Shown here: piece after piece, positions 1 to 12,300 of the stretch
Layout of the letters: each line of letters begins with the position of its first letter
How positions within the stretch are numbered: the stretch's first letter is position 1
DNA from: Phoronis australis
Lineage: Eukaryota > Animalia > Phoronida
Reading direction: 5' to 3'
Assembly: GCA_002633005.1 (NCBI GenBank)
Contig: NMRA01000554.1
Location: 62,001 to 126,000, forward strand
Length of the DNA: 64,000 bases
Notes under the pieces: model-generated
The model's database searches: none
What the model was told of the DNA's origin: nothing
Seen by the model: only the letters and a program-made list of their open reading frames with translations
Made by a program: the position numbers and the translations under genes

Positions 1-21
1 TGGGAGTCAGCCGATACTCAC

Positions 22-150
22 CTTGTCCGTTTCAGCCGTTTAAGAGAAAAACAACTAAATAAACGTCATTTTCTTGCCTTTTGGATCAAAGAAAATTAAG
101 TCGACGTTCTGACAGCAGCACACTCGCGACACGCACACGCGCCATTTCCT
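22..150 (-). other. Probable non-coding first exon/promoter of a gene that extends off the left edge
   Basis: The minus strand reads ...CGGACAAG|GTGAGT, a consensus splice donor at 21-16. The segment is CpG-rich and has a GGAAATGGCG (ETS/YY1-like) motif near 140-149. It contains only short ORFs. No expression evidence. Confidence 0.35.
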
Positions 151-189
151 GAAAGAGATGACAACAGCTTCGCAGCAGCGAAATTTGCA

Positions 190-630
190 TTTGTATGGAG
201 AAGTAAAAACACTCCTACGAAGTCCCTTTAGAAACGCCTGGAGGGAACACCTACGTCTGGGGACTGAAGAAGACTATATCTATCAGCTTGACCGGCAAGA
301 ACAGGTCACTATCTTCAGGCTAAGAACTGGCCACTACCAGCTCCTCTCCCGCATGCATCGCCTGAAAATCTCTCACATAGACGAGTGCCCGTGTGGCACT
401 GGCCCCCAGACACCTGAGCATTTACTGCAGAGCTGCCCCACATTCGATACCCTAAGGAGCCAGGCATGGCTCAGTCCGGTGGAACTCATAGTAAAACTGT
501 GGGGCCTGACAGCATAATTGCGGTGAACCGCAGACTTTGCGCAGAAGACCAGACAGACCATCTAAGCTACATGACAGGAAACACTGAAGAAGAAGATGAT
601 GAAGAAAAAGGAGGAGAAGAAGAAGAAGAA
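190..630 (+). mobile_element. 5'-truncated 3' end of a non-LTR retrotransposon (LINE; I/Ingi/Nimb-like group) with a (GAA)n tail
   Basis: ORF 158-517 contains IFRLRTGH and the C-terminal zinc knuckle CPCGTGPQTPEHLLQSCP typical of LINE ORF2. It has an in-frame stop and is followed by a degenerate GAA microsatellite tail at about 586-630. Confidence 0.85.
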
Positions 631-1166
631 GTTCTCAAATTCGGTTTGCTGGTTTCAAAATTCTAAAAACTTATAATGAATTGAAACCAGTTCCGATAAT
701 TTGTTGCGACATATACGCAACCTTGTGAAAGAACAACAGTTGATTTAAGAATCGGCGAAAAAAGAAATTGGCAAATAGGTGACGCAATTTTTGACGGCGC
801 CGAAAGCCGACGCAAAAGATCGTTACACAACTTTAGCTGCGCAATAACGGTAGAACGCCAATTTTACCAACACCGGTAAATAATTTAGTTTACTCAAGGA
901 AGAGTGCAGTATTTAATGACACTAATTTCGTGTCACATTTTACATGGTCAGTTTTTACCCACATCTGCGCAAAGCTGTATATTTAGTATAGAGCATTGCG
1001 CCAGGGTTACCGCCAGTGGTACCCCAATTGCCAGCACATTCAAAATGGAGGTTCACATTACACACCCTAGCGGCAAAAATCACAGCCATGCTAAGGAAAA
1101 ATTACGTACAAGTCATCTGGTATATTACATGCCTCATTCGATGAAGTCTCTGTCCTTACGCGTGGT

Positions 1167-1973
1167 ACCGTGAGAGGCCCTAAAGTCGTGAGTGCCCTGA
1201 AGTCGTGAACGATCTTATTTCCTCTTCTGCGCGGTCCTGCGACATCTGGCGTTGAAGTTTCCAGCGTTCGTCTGCTTACGAACGTCAAACGAATACACGG
1301 ACGTGTTTGTATTCACAATATGATAACAAACAGTGAGTGGGTGGCTTCTTTTTTCAAATGTATCTTAAAAACAGCATATTTCACTAATTCACTTTTTTGG
1401 GCATTTTTGGGATATATTTTCGAAAATATTTATCGTTCAGATTTACTCAAACACACGCTCCAAAAATAGCTTGAACAATGTATCAAAATGTCCCAGGGTT
1501 GATCAAGTTTTGTAAGGCCAAAACAATAAAATACAGAGCGATAATTTATGCTGGGTTCTTAGCGTTTTACGTGAACAACCTCATTGAAAACGTCTGTGCA
1601 CATCAAAGTTGGGTGCAAAACTTCTAACAATTTATTTCAATTGAAACTGAATTAATAAACAATGCAATGCATTTTTATGTCATCTAGAGTAACTGTACGC
1701 ACTGTAGTTGACTTGTGAGGTCTTACTTCGTGTATTTCCGTCTAACCGAAACGGTCACGACTTTAGGGCCTCATTCAAAATGGCCGCCGATATCAGCGAC
1801 CGTTTCAAAACTCTGCTTACGGAGACAAACAAGGATTAAGATTGTAAAAACACGTATATTTGTGAAGGCTGACATATGTCCATGACATCACATGAGCAGT
1901 TGCTAACGGACATTGGGTAGTATGACAATCGGCACTTATTATGCTTATATTCACGACTTCAGGTCACCGGTGT
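1167..1973. mobile_element. Non-autonomous TIR element (MITE-like) with repeated subterminal motif
   Basis: GAGGCCCTAAAGTCGTGA (1174-1191) has an exact reverse complement TCACGACTTTAGGGCCTC at about 1756-1773. GTGCCCTGAAGTCGTGAA (1192-1209) is mirrored by TTCACGACTTCAGGTCAC (1950-1967). No coding capacity. Ends and TSD uncertain. Confidence 0.55.
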
Positions 1974-3105
1974 ATATACAGGCGAGGCCGGGGTAAAGTT
2001 CAGTAGCTGTCTCCCGGAGAGAAAAATGTAGCCAATAGCACGTGCTCTTATTGAAAATACATGGCCAAATCTCGTGTAATGCCGCGAAGACTTGCTTTTC
2101 TAGCGACGTCCCACGCATCCCAATGGATACCGTGAAACCATCCGCGTGAGTTCCACGCTGCCACTGGTGGAACAATTAACGTGACGTGATACATAACCTC
2201 ATAGCATGTGCACTTATGGGGAGTCTTGATAACACCCACACCAGGAGATCTAAAGAAATGCCAATGGTTGTGTATTTCAACACCCACAAGAACGGCGGTC
2301 TTAATAAAGACGTGGGTCTCATGAGCCACTAAGGATGACCTTTCTTATTTCCCACCCTTTCCCTTGTTTTCATCTTTGTTCCAGCGTCTATAGCGTCTAT
2401 TACCTCTGTACTTCAGAACAAGTTGAGTCCTGTTTTGCAAATTGCCAAATGGATAAAACTTATGCAAGAAAGTGGACCGATACATTGGAAGTTGACTTTC
2501 TTCAACCTTCGTCATCAACTTGTATACAAAGTGAGTTTACAAGCACTATTTCACAATCCAAAAATGTGTGCTTCAAAGTGTTTTATGATGTACGTCGACA
2601 ATAGAAGCATTCGTAACTTAAAGTATCTTTACACAAAAATTCGTAATCAAAATTCTCGTCAAACGTCCAAACTGAAGATGCCTAATTCTCGTGTCTCTTG
2701 TTATACTATGCAAGAATGAACAAATGCGTGACAGTGGTAGATTGTGAGGTTTGATGGACTGACCATGAAGAGTTCCAAAGTTTCTTTTGTGTCCTGATCG
2801 CGTCTGGTAGACCACCCACAGAAAACCTCTCGTGTGTTTATTGGACACGCCACCTACTGAAAGAATGAAAAACTTCGAGATGTGCCATCGGTTTCAAAGG
2901 GAACACTTTGGGCACTTTCCATGAGCATTTCCGAGAGAACCTCCTTAAGCACTCTTTCAAGGAGAGGTAGTTTTTCCCAAGTGTTCAGCTTGTTTTAGGT
3001 TGTGATATTTATCACACACGTATGAATGGGGGGTAACAGCGTCTATCCATGAAAATGATGAGAAAACAATACGATGCAGTACATTAGTTTCCTCGTCAAT
3101 CAGCA

Positions 3106-3126
3106 GACGGACGGACGGACGGACGG
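3106..3126 (+). repeat. (GACG)n tetranucleotide microsatellite
   Basis: gacggacggacggacggacgg seen directly. Such tracts often mark Helentron/DINE-type relics (inference). Confidence 0.8.
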
Positions 3127-3605
3127 CCAACTATTGGCGGATCTACAGCTACATGGTAATGCTAATGCATTTTGCAAATTGAAGTTATGGAAATTAGACA
3201 GACAGATGATAGGACACCTTTCTGAATCAAACGTTAGTTTTAGCAGCTGACCTGCCTTCTGTCCAGACGTCAGATTTTCCTGCTTTTAATAAACCCACCT
3301 ACGTCTGACCGCAGTATTTTTACACTTTTTCTTCTGACTAGCCTCTGCCTTCGACCTCGGGTAATATCACTCTACATAAGATGATATTGCCCTCGGAATC
3401 GTTGCATATTTGAATATCAAATCAAAAATTACGTATCGTGCAATTCATTTTTTAACTAGCCGACCGATGGCGCATTCAGCAAAAATTCAGTAATTAAAAT
3501 ACGTCATAGTCAATGACGCTTCAGTCAATATTGTTAAGACGTTCTCTTTTGATGTAGACGTTTAAAGAGACTGTGTGTCAAAACGTTCTTAAGAATATTG
3601 TTCGA

Positions 3606-6521
3606 ATGGACAGAGTGACGGCTTTGTTTTATGTGGAAAAGTTGAAGGAAAGACGAACGTGAGTAAACGTATAGTTGATTTACTATTTTAAAAAACTCTA
3701 ATAGCTATTTTCTTGATATATGATGGAAAATGTGAAATACATTGAAAACATTTGGAAATCTAAGAAAAAAGGACGCGTGAACCAAAGTACTACTAATTAA
3801 AATATTTCTTCATGCCTGTAACATCCTTTTAAGTGCCAGGTTGAGTGTTGTAGAAAGACATTTGATTCTACGTGTATTTCTCAAAATTGCTACTCGAAGC
3901 TGGTGATCGCAAAATTTATGTTAGCAGTTGTTAGCTGGACAAACCAAATTAAACGACTGAACTAGGAAGATTTTTCAAAAGGTAGTCAGTTTTATCAGAG
4001 TACTGGATAAATATACGACCTGCGACGTGAATACTGTCAAAATTAAAGATTATCAGACTACGAAATCATTGCCAATAAATGAAAAAGATCTAAAATATTT
4101 AATATCTAAAATACATGACATTTTTTTATTAATTTCTTCCTGGTCCAGGATGAAAAATCAGATTATCACAACAGTAAATAATAACCAATACACAGAAAGG
4201 AAATTGAAACTATTCTCTGCATACTGCATATCAATTATTTCTTCTTTCTTGATTCAGGGTGAAAGTTGGGGTATTGAAAGACCTTACGAATGCAGCGAAG
4301 GATTATTTGAATAACAAAAAGGCTCTAGGGAAAAATATAAAAAGTAAGTACATGTAATACGTATATCCGTAGCTTGAATTAGAACATGTAAGATGCTTAG
4401 ACAGTAATTCCGTTCGCAAAATGGTGCATTGTTTGATGATCCAATATTTTTAATGTCAATTAGTTGACAGAGAATAAACGAAAGCTGAAATGAAACTACA
4501 TTGGTGTTGTGGTGTTGTATTTTACAGAGTTTTCAGCGCATCCAAAAGCGGCAGAAAGCATTCGGGAAGTTTTCGACAAGTTTGGAGAAATAAAAGTGCA
4601 GCTGGATGCCAAACGGGAACAGGTCGAAGCTGAAATCAAGAGTATCGACAGGTCAGTGATACCCGCGGAAATATCCGAACATTACATACTTAATCTCCCA
4701 GATTTCGTACCACGAGGATAAAACTGAGACTATGATTAAGAATTTTATTCAAAATGCTTTGAATAAGATGTGTTTTTCTAAGTTTGATTATTGCTTTGTG
4801 ACTTCTGGTGTCTCAAAGAAGGGGTTCAGACCCCATAGTCCTTCCTTGAGTCCGTGCCTGCAAGCAACATAGTACAATGGATATTTAATAATTGTTTTTA
4901 CAGTACCACAGCCGCTGTCGTAAAATTGGAGAAAGAGTTTCGTAACGCCAGCGACGAATTGGCAAGACTGAAAACGGTAACTACTGAATGGAAGCATAGA
5001 ATTTTTCAAGCTCTATCACAGAAATTAGGCATAAGTGCCTAACCGTCACTTATAGTAGTAGACATGTGTCCATAGTCTGTATGTATCTTTTGTGCATTCT
5101 GACCATTGTTTTACCTAAGTCTTAATCAACTAAATGATCTTGCACTGAAACACTTCGACTCCTACCGTTTTGAAACATACAAATCAACCTTCACCCAGTT
5201 CTTTGGTATCACATAAAGGCGCATGCGCCTGAATTCGAAAATGGGAGTATTTCCACACACAGGGGCATGATCATCTTTATTAAACGAAAACATTTTTAAG
5301 TTTCTTGAAGAAATTTGTTTCTACTTAACTTTAACGCCCTCTGGTGCCAGTTGGTGTACTGTATGCCGAAACAGTGTCCTCATTGAAAGCTTGTAAGTCA
5401 GTTTACAGTCTTGTGCTTTAAACCAGGGCTTTGATATTTTTAGCGAGGGGAAATTTACATATCGCTGACGAAATATTATCTTCCCACAAAATAGTCTTCG
5501 CAAAAACACTTCATGTTTTTCAGAAAGAACGCGACTTACAGAATCGTCTCTTCGAACTTACATCCGGAGAAGGGTCGCATCAAAAGCAAAAGGCCAAAAT
5601 CTACTCCAAGCTGGAAGAAATAAACATGAAGTTGATGAGATGTGGTAGTCTTGTCAAGTCATCTGTTAATGAATTAAAAAAGGTACGGGTTTGAATGAAA
5701 ATCTGAAATGCAAAAGTAGTTAACGCCCTGTGTATGAACGTAATGCAGTCGTGAGCAGATTATGGGGATGTCTCAGACTTGTGTCCTTGAGAAAGGCTAT
5801 TTAGCTCTACATTCACTAAAATGTCCATTTAGCCATTATTCTAAATGCTCATCAATGTCAGATCAAACGATCGGAGCCATTTTCAGACTGATTGCTTACG
5901 TTTGTGTTTCAGTTGGTTGCTGTAATGGACGACATGGTGTATGGCCATTCGCGAATGGAAGAGGATGATTCCTGCAGGTTGGAACCCAGCTATTTCATAA
6001 AATACTCACAAATGTCTATGCTAACTTTAGGTTTGCAATCATGTGTTTTGCCTTTGAAAGTCTGAATGAACAAAGGCTTACTTTTGCGTCCATCGCCGTT
6101 TTCTTGTGTGCATGCTTTATGACACTGTGTTTTTCAAGTCATGGAAAGACAACTTCGAATGTTAAAATTACCCGGATTACAGTTGTGTACTCGACTGAGT
6201 TTTTACTGCTTAACACAATCATCGTCGTCGTAATCATCAAGTTTATCGCCACTGTCGTTGTCATTATAGATTCCTAATAAATCAACTTGTTTGTATGTGT
6301 TTTTCAGTGTTTCTGTCAGTAACTGCGCCTCTAACAGAACGGTGCTGCAGGAGACGTCAGAAGTTGTTAAGGCGGGCTCTGTAGAGAAGGTTGACCGTGC
6401 GATAGAATGTGATCGTGTAGGTGCTCACAAGCAATCTAGCGAGTTTTCAAGTGTCGAAAGCCAAACAGCGTATTACACAGAAATGGCGGAGAACCAGATC
6501 TCGCCGATATCTCATGAATAA
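3606..6521 (+). CDS. 7-exon gene encoding a 257-aa predicted coiled-coil protein of unknown family
   Basis: Exons 3606-3658, 4258-4343, 4528-4651, 4904-4976, 5524-5682, 5913-5977, 6308-6521. All introns are GT-AG and the phases (2,1,2,0,0,2) all match, giving 774 nt from ATG to TAA. Protein: MDRVTALFYVEKLKERRTVKVGVLKDLTNAAKDYLNNKKALGKNIKKFSAHPKAAESIREVFDKFGEIKVQLDAKREQVEAEIKSIDSTTAAVVKLEKEFRNASDELARLKTKERDLQNRLFEL...NQISPISHE. AATAAA near 7032. Confidence 0.85.
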
Positions 6522-6723
6522 TACGCCAAAGGCACAGAGTTTCATTTTTCTGCACAGATGATTCCACTGTCTCAAGTGTATTAATGACTACAAAATGCCT
6601 CAAAGGACCGTGGGAATTCTGTGACTTTTGACAATTGTTCCAGAGACAATATTGATTCTCCCTATTACGTTCACTTCCGATGAGCAATTGACATGGGTCA
6701 GTTGACCTAGAAATTGGAACATA

Positions 6724-6936
6724 CAGGGTGACCTATGAAAAACCCAGATTCACAAAAGTTTGTATTAAAATTTAAAATTTTGATTATTTCGGCAGGGCAA
6801 TAAATATCAACACAAACTGTATAGTATGGTTAAACCTTTGTGGAAAGATCATTAGTTGGCAGGAATTTGAGCTTGACTGATGTAAAAGTATGGGTCACTT
6901 AAAACAGTTCATGTGTCCGTGTTTCGGGTCACCCTG
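6724..6936. mobile_element. Tc1/mariner-type MITE
   Basis: TA|CAGGGTGACC ... GGTCACCCTG termini around 213 bp of non-coding sequence. The right-hand TA has degenerated to TT. Confidence 0.65.
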
Positions 6937-9301
6937 TTTATATTAGACATTTCAAGACACTTACGTTGTATTGTTTTATCATCTTATTTCGTCTGCCTTT
7001 TCTTAATAATATATTTTTGTAAACAAATATAAATAAAATAAGAACATAAAAATTATGTGTTCGTTTTAATTAATGACGAAAGCAATCCAGAGATGAAGCC
7101 ATGCGTTATTATTTTTTTCTGAGAAAATTAGAATTTTTAAATTTCCATTGAAAAACCAGGTCTCTTTTTCAAATCTCTCTGTTCTGAGCTTGATATAAGC
7201 AACGCACTACACTGCTTTAAAAACCAGCTACTGGCACTGTATTCCGGATTCGTGTTAAATAAATACAAAACATGCGATGAAAATCGTCAATACTGAGGTG
7301 GTGGACCTGAGTTTTACTCGATGGTTTAGCATTCCAACCTTGTCTTTCAGTCGCCTGAGTTTGCATAGTGCGTGATTTTACTTTTTTCGCAAGAAACTTG
7401 CTCAACAGAGCGCACCTCGTTTCACAATTTCCATTTTGTGCTATCTAAAACCATCGAAAGAAAAGTTCGAATTCAAAATGAAATCGAAAAGACGCAATTA
7501 TTGGTGACGTAGGCACTTACCTTAAACTGTTGAAACACACGTACAATTGAAATATTTAATTACACAAGATTAAACGAGCAAATCAAGTTGCGGATCAGCG
7601 CTCATTTATTTTTGACCAAGCATGAATGTACATGTGTATCACCGGAGATATATCGAACATCACACGCTTTGCAAGGATTATATGCAAATCATGACTGCCA
7701 CAGCTAACGTATCCTTCTTACCAGAAATGTATTAATCCCTATGGGAATAATACATTCCTGTTCTAAGGATGGCCTTCAACTAGACCAAAATCGTTGCGAA
7801 CGTTCGCTACACTTGCGAAAGAATAGGCAGGAATGGTAAATTTGTCACTGTGAGCTTCGCAATTACATGTACCAGTGCAGGAGAACTTGAAGTAAAGACA
7901 CTAAGAATATCTCTAGCAAACATGCACATATTAGTAATTGGGTTGCTACAAATCAGCGCGTTGATATCGTATATAATTAATAATTAGTAGTCTTCATATC
8001 CACAAAGAGCTTTTTTGACAAAATTGCGTATAGGTCATTTAATATGACCAACATATGACGCGAACGAAGACTAATAATCCCTGTATATTTCCCTTATGCT
8101 GGCTTTTTAGATCTCCGTTGTGACCTTGTAGATGGAAGAATTTTAGGTCAAATTGGGGCATGGTCTCTTCGGCCACTGTAAATCCACCACAGAAATTTGT
8201 CAGTTTTAAGCACTTGTAATTATGTGAAAAACATACCAGTTGATGCCCCTTGTCATGGTTCAGTGGACAAAACTAGTTCTAAAAATTTGAGACACCTGTA
8301 AGTGACTTTTAGCGGAAGAGAAATACAAGACTAGTACATTATCACAAAAATGAACGGTGCGCCCCGCTTAAGCATAAGCAATTATACATGGTTGAAATTA
8401 CAAAGTAAAGTAGATTTTACTAATTCTAAAATCAGCAGTATTTTAAGTTGTGCACGATCATAAATGAACAAACAAATTTATATAGGAACTAAAGTGATCA
8501 AGGGATATAATACTTTTGAAAAACGTGTGTCTGGTGCCACGGAGTTTCAAGTGACAAGCCTGCTTCTGTTCGCAGTTTTTGTTGCCTTTGATCTAATAGT
8601 TTTGTTGACATAGGGTTTATTTTTCGCGACAACCAACTGACGTCATTTCTACCAACCTGAATTCTTAACACCCTGACCCTAGGTTATCGTCTGAGTTGCT
8701 GATAGTGCATAAATGTGAGTAGAAAGGTTTAGGATAAGGTTATCTGAGCTTGTTGACAGCATGGAAATGTTCTCACTCACGCAATAACCTAGATTCGTTC
8801 CATTTCTTCGTACGAGTGTAGAAGGTCGTTTTCTCTGCGTCTCACAGAACACAGTTTCGTATTGACTGAGCGACAAGATATACGTCTGCGTTTGTTTTTC
8901 ACCAACGGATGAGACTATCAGGTTGGTTAGTAAAGCGATACTACTCTAACCAATAAGTATCCAGTCCGTGTCCCCACGCGACTGTAATTGTCGTCAACGA
9001 TTCTTTGCTTTAATGCGAGATCAAGTACTGTTGTAAACTGACACCAATTGATTAGTGTTCAGAATTTACAGGCATTTAACAGGAGCATAAAAGCAAGTAA
9101 ACTACGTTGAGGATCATAATCATCCAAGTTGAGACTAACACTGAGATAAGACATGTTGAAAATATCAAGCAGACGATGTCGTCAAGATTGCTCTTGCTGT
9201 GAATAGCAGACATCCATTGCCCCAAGAATATTACACACTTCTCGTCTACTCGCGTTTCTTCTTGGACTATTGAGTTTATTAATCTGAGTGAATCTGTCAG
9301 G

Positions 9302-12300
9302 ATGTCCATGGACAGGCTCATTGCTGGAAGTCTAAATGATCTGAATCTGTTTATGAGTCCGGCCTATAGTTATTCGTCATTGCCGAGGTTTCTGCCGAGA
9401 TCTGTATCTCAGGAGGGTTTCAACGCTCGCAACGAACATTGGTACAAGTAAGTGACAGTTTTGTTAAACTAGTTAGCATATTTCCAAGTGAATATCACCA
9501 GTATGACTTTAAAGCTGATCAAATATTTTGAACATTTGCACAACAGTATTTTGATTCCGTATTTCGGAAACAACAACAAACTGTTGATGTTTGCGGTTTG
9601 CAAGCGCGTATAAAAAATTAGTGAATTCCAGAAAGTGTATAAAATTGAAATTAGAACTAAAGTCGAAACCTCTGAAGTTTGATTGAAAATTTGTGAGTGA
9701 AGTTTTTATCGCAGTTGTTAACAAGAGAAACGTAAAGCATTGAAGTGCGCCCACGACTACACATATTTTTCTAGGTTGTTTATTAGAATCATGAAAAATG
9801 TCACTGCGTGGCACAAAACAAGTGTTAAACCAATACAACAACGGGAAGGTCTCATGTTCATAATAGAAACCAATTTTAATGATTTCTTGACAATCCGTTA
9901 AACAACCAATTCGACGATGTGTAGACAAACGTAAAAATTATATTTGCCACTACGAGGCACAGTGTTGGTCAGATCCGTTGTCACATTCGTTGAAAAGAAC
10001 TTGCCGAAATTCACAAAGATTCCGATAGGGGTAAAGGAGACAGCAGCGGACGAAAAAACAACATTGCTAACAGGTAGTTGTTGGACCCGTCCGCATATCA
10101 ACCTCAGCTAATATTAGAACGCATAAAGACCCTGCAAGCGTTCAAGAGACACAGCACCAGATGCCGGACGAAGGATGCTGCACACCCGGACGCTCGAGAA
10201 GACGGCAAACTGTTCCTAAATACGTATATGCGCGCGCATAAATACTGCAAATTAGATCTGGAAGGAAGGAAGTGTTGTTCAAAAAGTTCATGAAAATTCC
10301 GTACAACTTTACCAACTATGATATATACACTATGACATGCATTAGCACAGCACAAGGGACGTAGTTAGCTAATTGAGACTTGAGAATTGTATTTCTAATC
10401 ATAACTTTCTCAATATTTAATAGTAATCGATCATCAATCGTAAGTGAGTTATTGCATATTATTTTCTCTTTTCGATCCTTCAGCAATTACTCTGCATTCT
10501 CATTCGTCTGTTACTTTGCCTGGCTATTTACACTTTTGCAAATCAATGGAAAGCATGGTGGTTTACTTGATAAATACTGCTAATTTTAGGAAAAAATATT
10601 ACCCGTCCTTCGTACTAGGATCTATTGCCGAGAAATCCTGTGCTAAAATCAATTTTTGCCTAATAATTTCCACTAGGATCCATTTGCTTAGCAATCCTAC
10701 ACTAGGATCTATTTTTATGGTCTGGAATCTTTTATTTGCTAATAACACTGCGTTACAATACATGCATCAAAGTTTGAAGGGCGACCACATTTTCGCGGTG
10801 ACAACAAGCTGAGAACACTACGATAAGGACGAAATTTCTAAAAATCTAGTGGTTTATCTCCATCCGGGATTGTAGCGAGTATTCCCGGAGGAATCATTTC
10901 TAGTATCCCCTTCCCCGAGCAATCGTTTGTTTTGATATGAACATGTTCTTTCACTATCTTGGCATTCATTCTGAAGTTAAACTGCCCGTTGTGGCTGTAA
11001 CACCGATAACTTTGTTTACACCAAAACGTCATGAGCGACTAAGAAGTTTTTGAATTATTTTCATTTACGTAATAGGAAAATACCTGCCATTAAAATTTGC
11101 GAGATATTAGTAAGCTAAATTCTCGGCCGTTTCGGAAAAATGAAAATAGAAATCTCTAAACGAAATATGCACTTTTCTGAATAATTTGCAACAAATAGCG
11201 CCTTGGGAACAACTGAACTCATTAGTGGATCTAGGATGTCACGAGGGGGCGACACAATGTCCAAATGACAACCGTTTGCCAGTTCCCTTCAATTTTCTTT
11301 TTGGTTTTGAACTGATGGAGAGGTGGGTTTTAGCCGTCCTTAAATCCAACAAAGGCACCATTACTTGACAGAAACAATGAGAACCAATTTGCTTCTGATC
11401 TTTACGGTAGACATAGGAAAAAATGGAAAAGAGCCTGAAAACGACAAACAAGTTCCAAATATTGTTTTCATTTTTAATAACTTGCAATGTAGAATTTCTT
11501 GAAGCAATGTTGTATCTGACGTTCAGTAATTGCGCGTAATCCTTTAAGGTGAAAATTATTGACTACAATCTGTTTTTGCACCAGCACCAATGAAAGTAAA
11601 AAGCAAATATAAGAACGATCAGGAAAATGAAACATTATGAAACTCTATTCCAGATGTAAATACGTGAATTACTTTACATTGCAAACGAATTCCTATGTAG
11701 TGCCCGTGCATGACCAACTGCTTTTTACATACACAAGTAGAATGAATTCCATCAGCTGACTTGAACGCTTACTCCTGTTCAACATCAAAGGGCGTTTAAT
11801 GGCTCTACTAATCAGCACAGTATTGACGAACTCAGTTTCGAAAATGCAAAGCTACTCAACACCACGGACCTTATTTCAGTTTTTGCTGAAGTGAGTAGAG
11901 AAAATACAAGCACTCCTTTCCCCTCCCTGACGTCACCTGAGGTTCGATGAAGGAACTGCCAATGAACAGTTCGTGATCGAACAATTTTGTTTCTAACCAA
12001 GTCTGAAGAATCTGTGAAGTGAACGGCTGACGACACAGGGAGTGAAAAAATTGTCAGTGACTAGTGGCGGGGTCTTAAATGGAAAACCAAAAGTCCGCTA
12101 ACTACAATTTTGCACATATCCGTTGTAATAGCTGAGTGAGGGCATGACTGAAAAACATCGCAACACGTGTAAACCTAACTGATGAACTTTTCAACACACC
12201 CATGTGACGATTTCAAGACAACACGGTACGCCGGAAGAGATCATTGGTGAACTGTTTCCATCCCAGAATTCCTACGACCTCATTCTTCGTTGGGCTGGAT

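Noticed and set aside
466-666. Acidic ORF ending in EEEDDEEKGGEEEEE
   Set aside because: This is the translation of the LINE (GAA)n tail.
2340-2860. Possible minus-strand exons (GGVSNKHTRGFLWVVYQ... and LKYRGNRRYRRWNKDENKGKGGK*)
   Set aside because: Splice phases do not match between the two segments, the second acceptor is weak and no family is recognisable.
10161-10230. Alternative PRR5 first exon MPDEGCCTPGRSRRRQTVPKY
   Set aside because: The donor is weak and phase 0, incompatible with the phase-2 acceptor at 18298.
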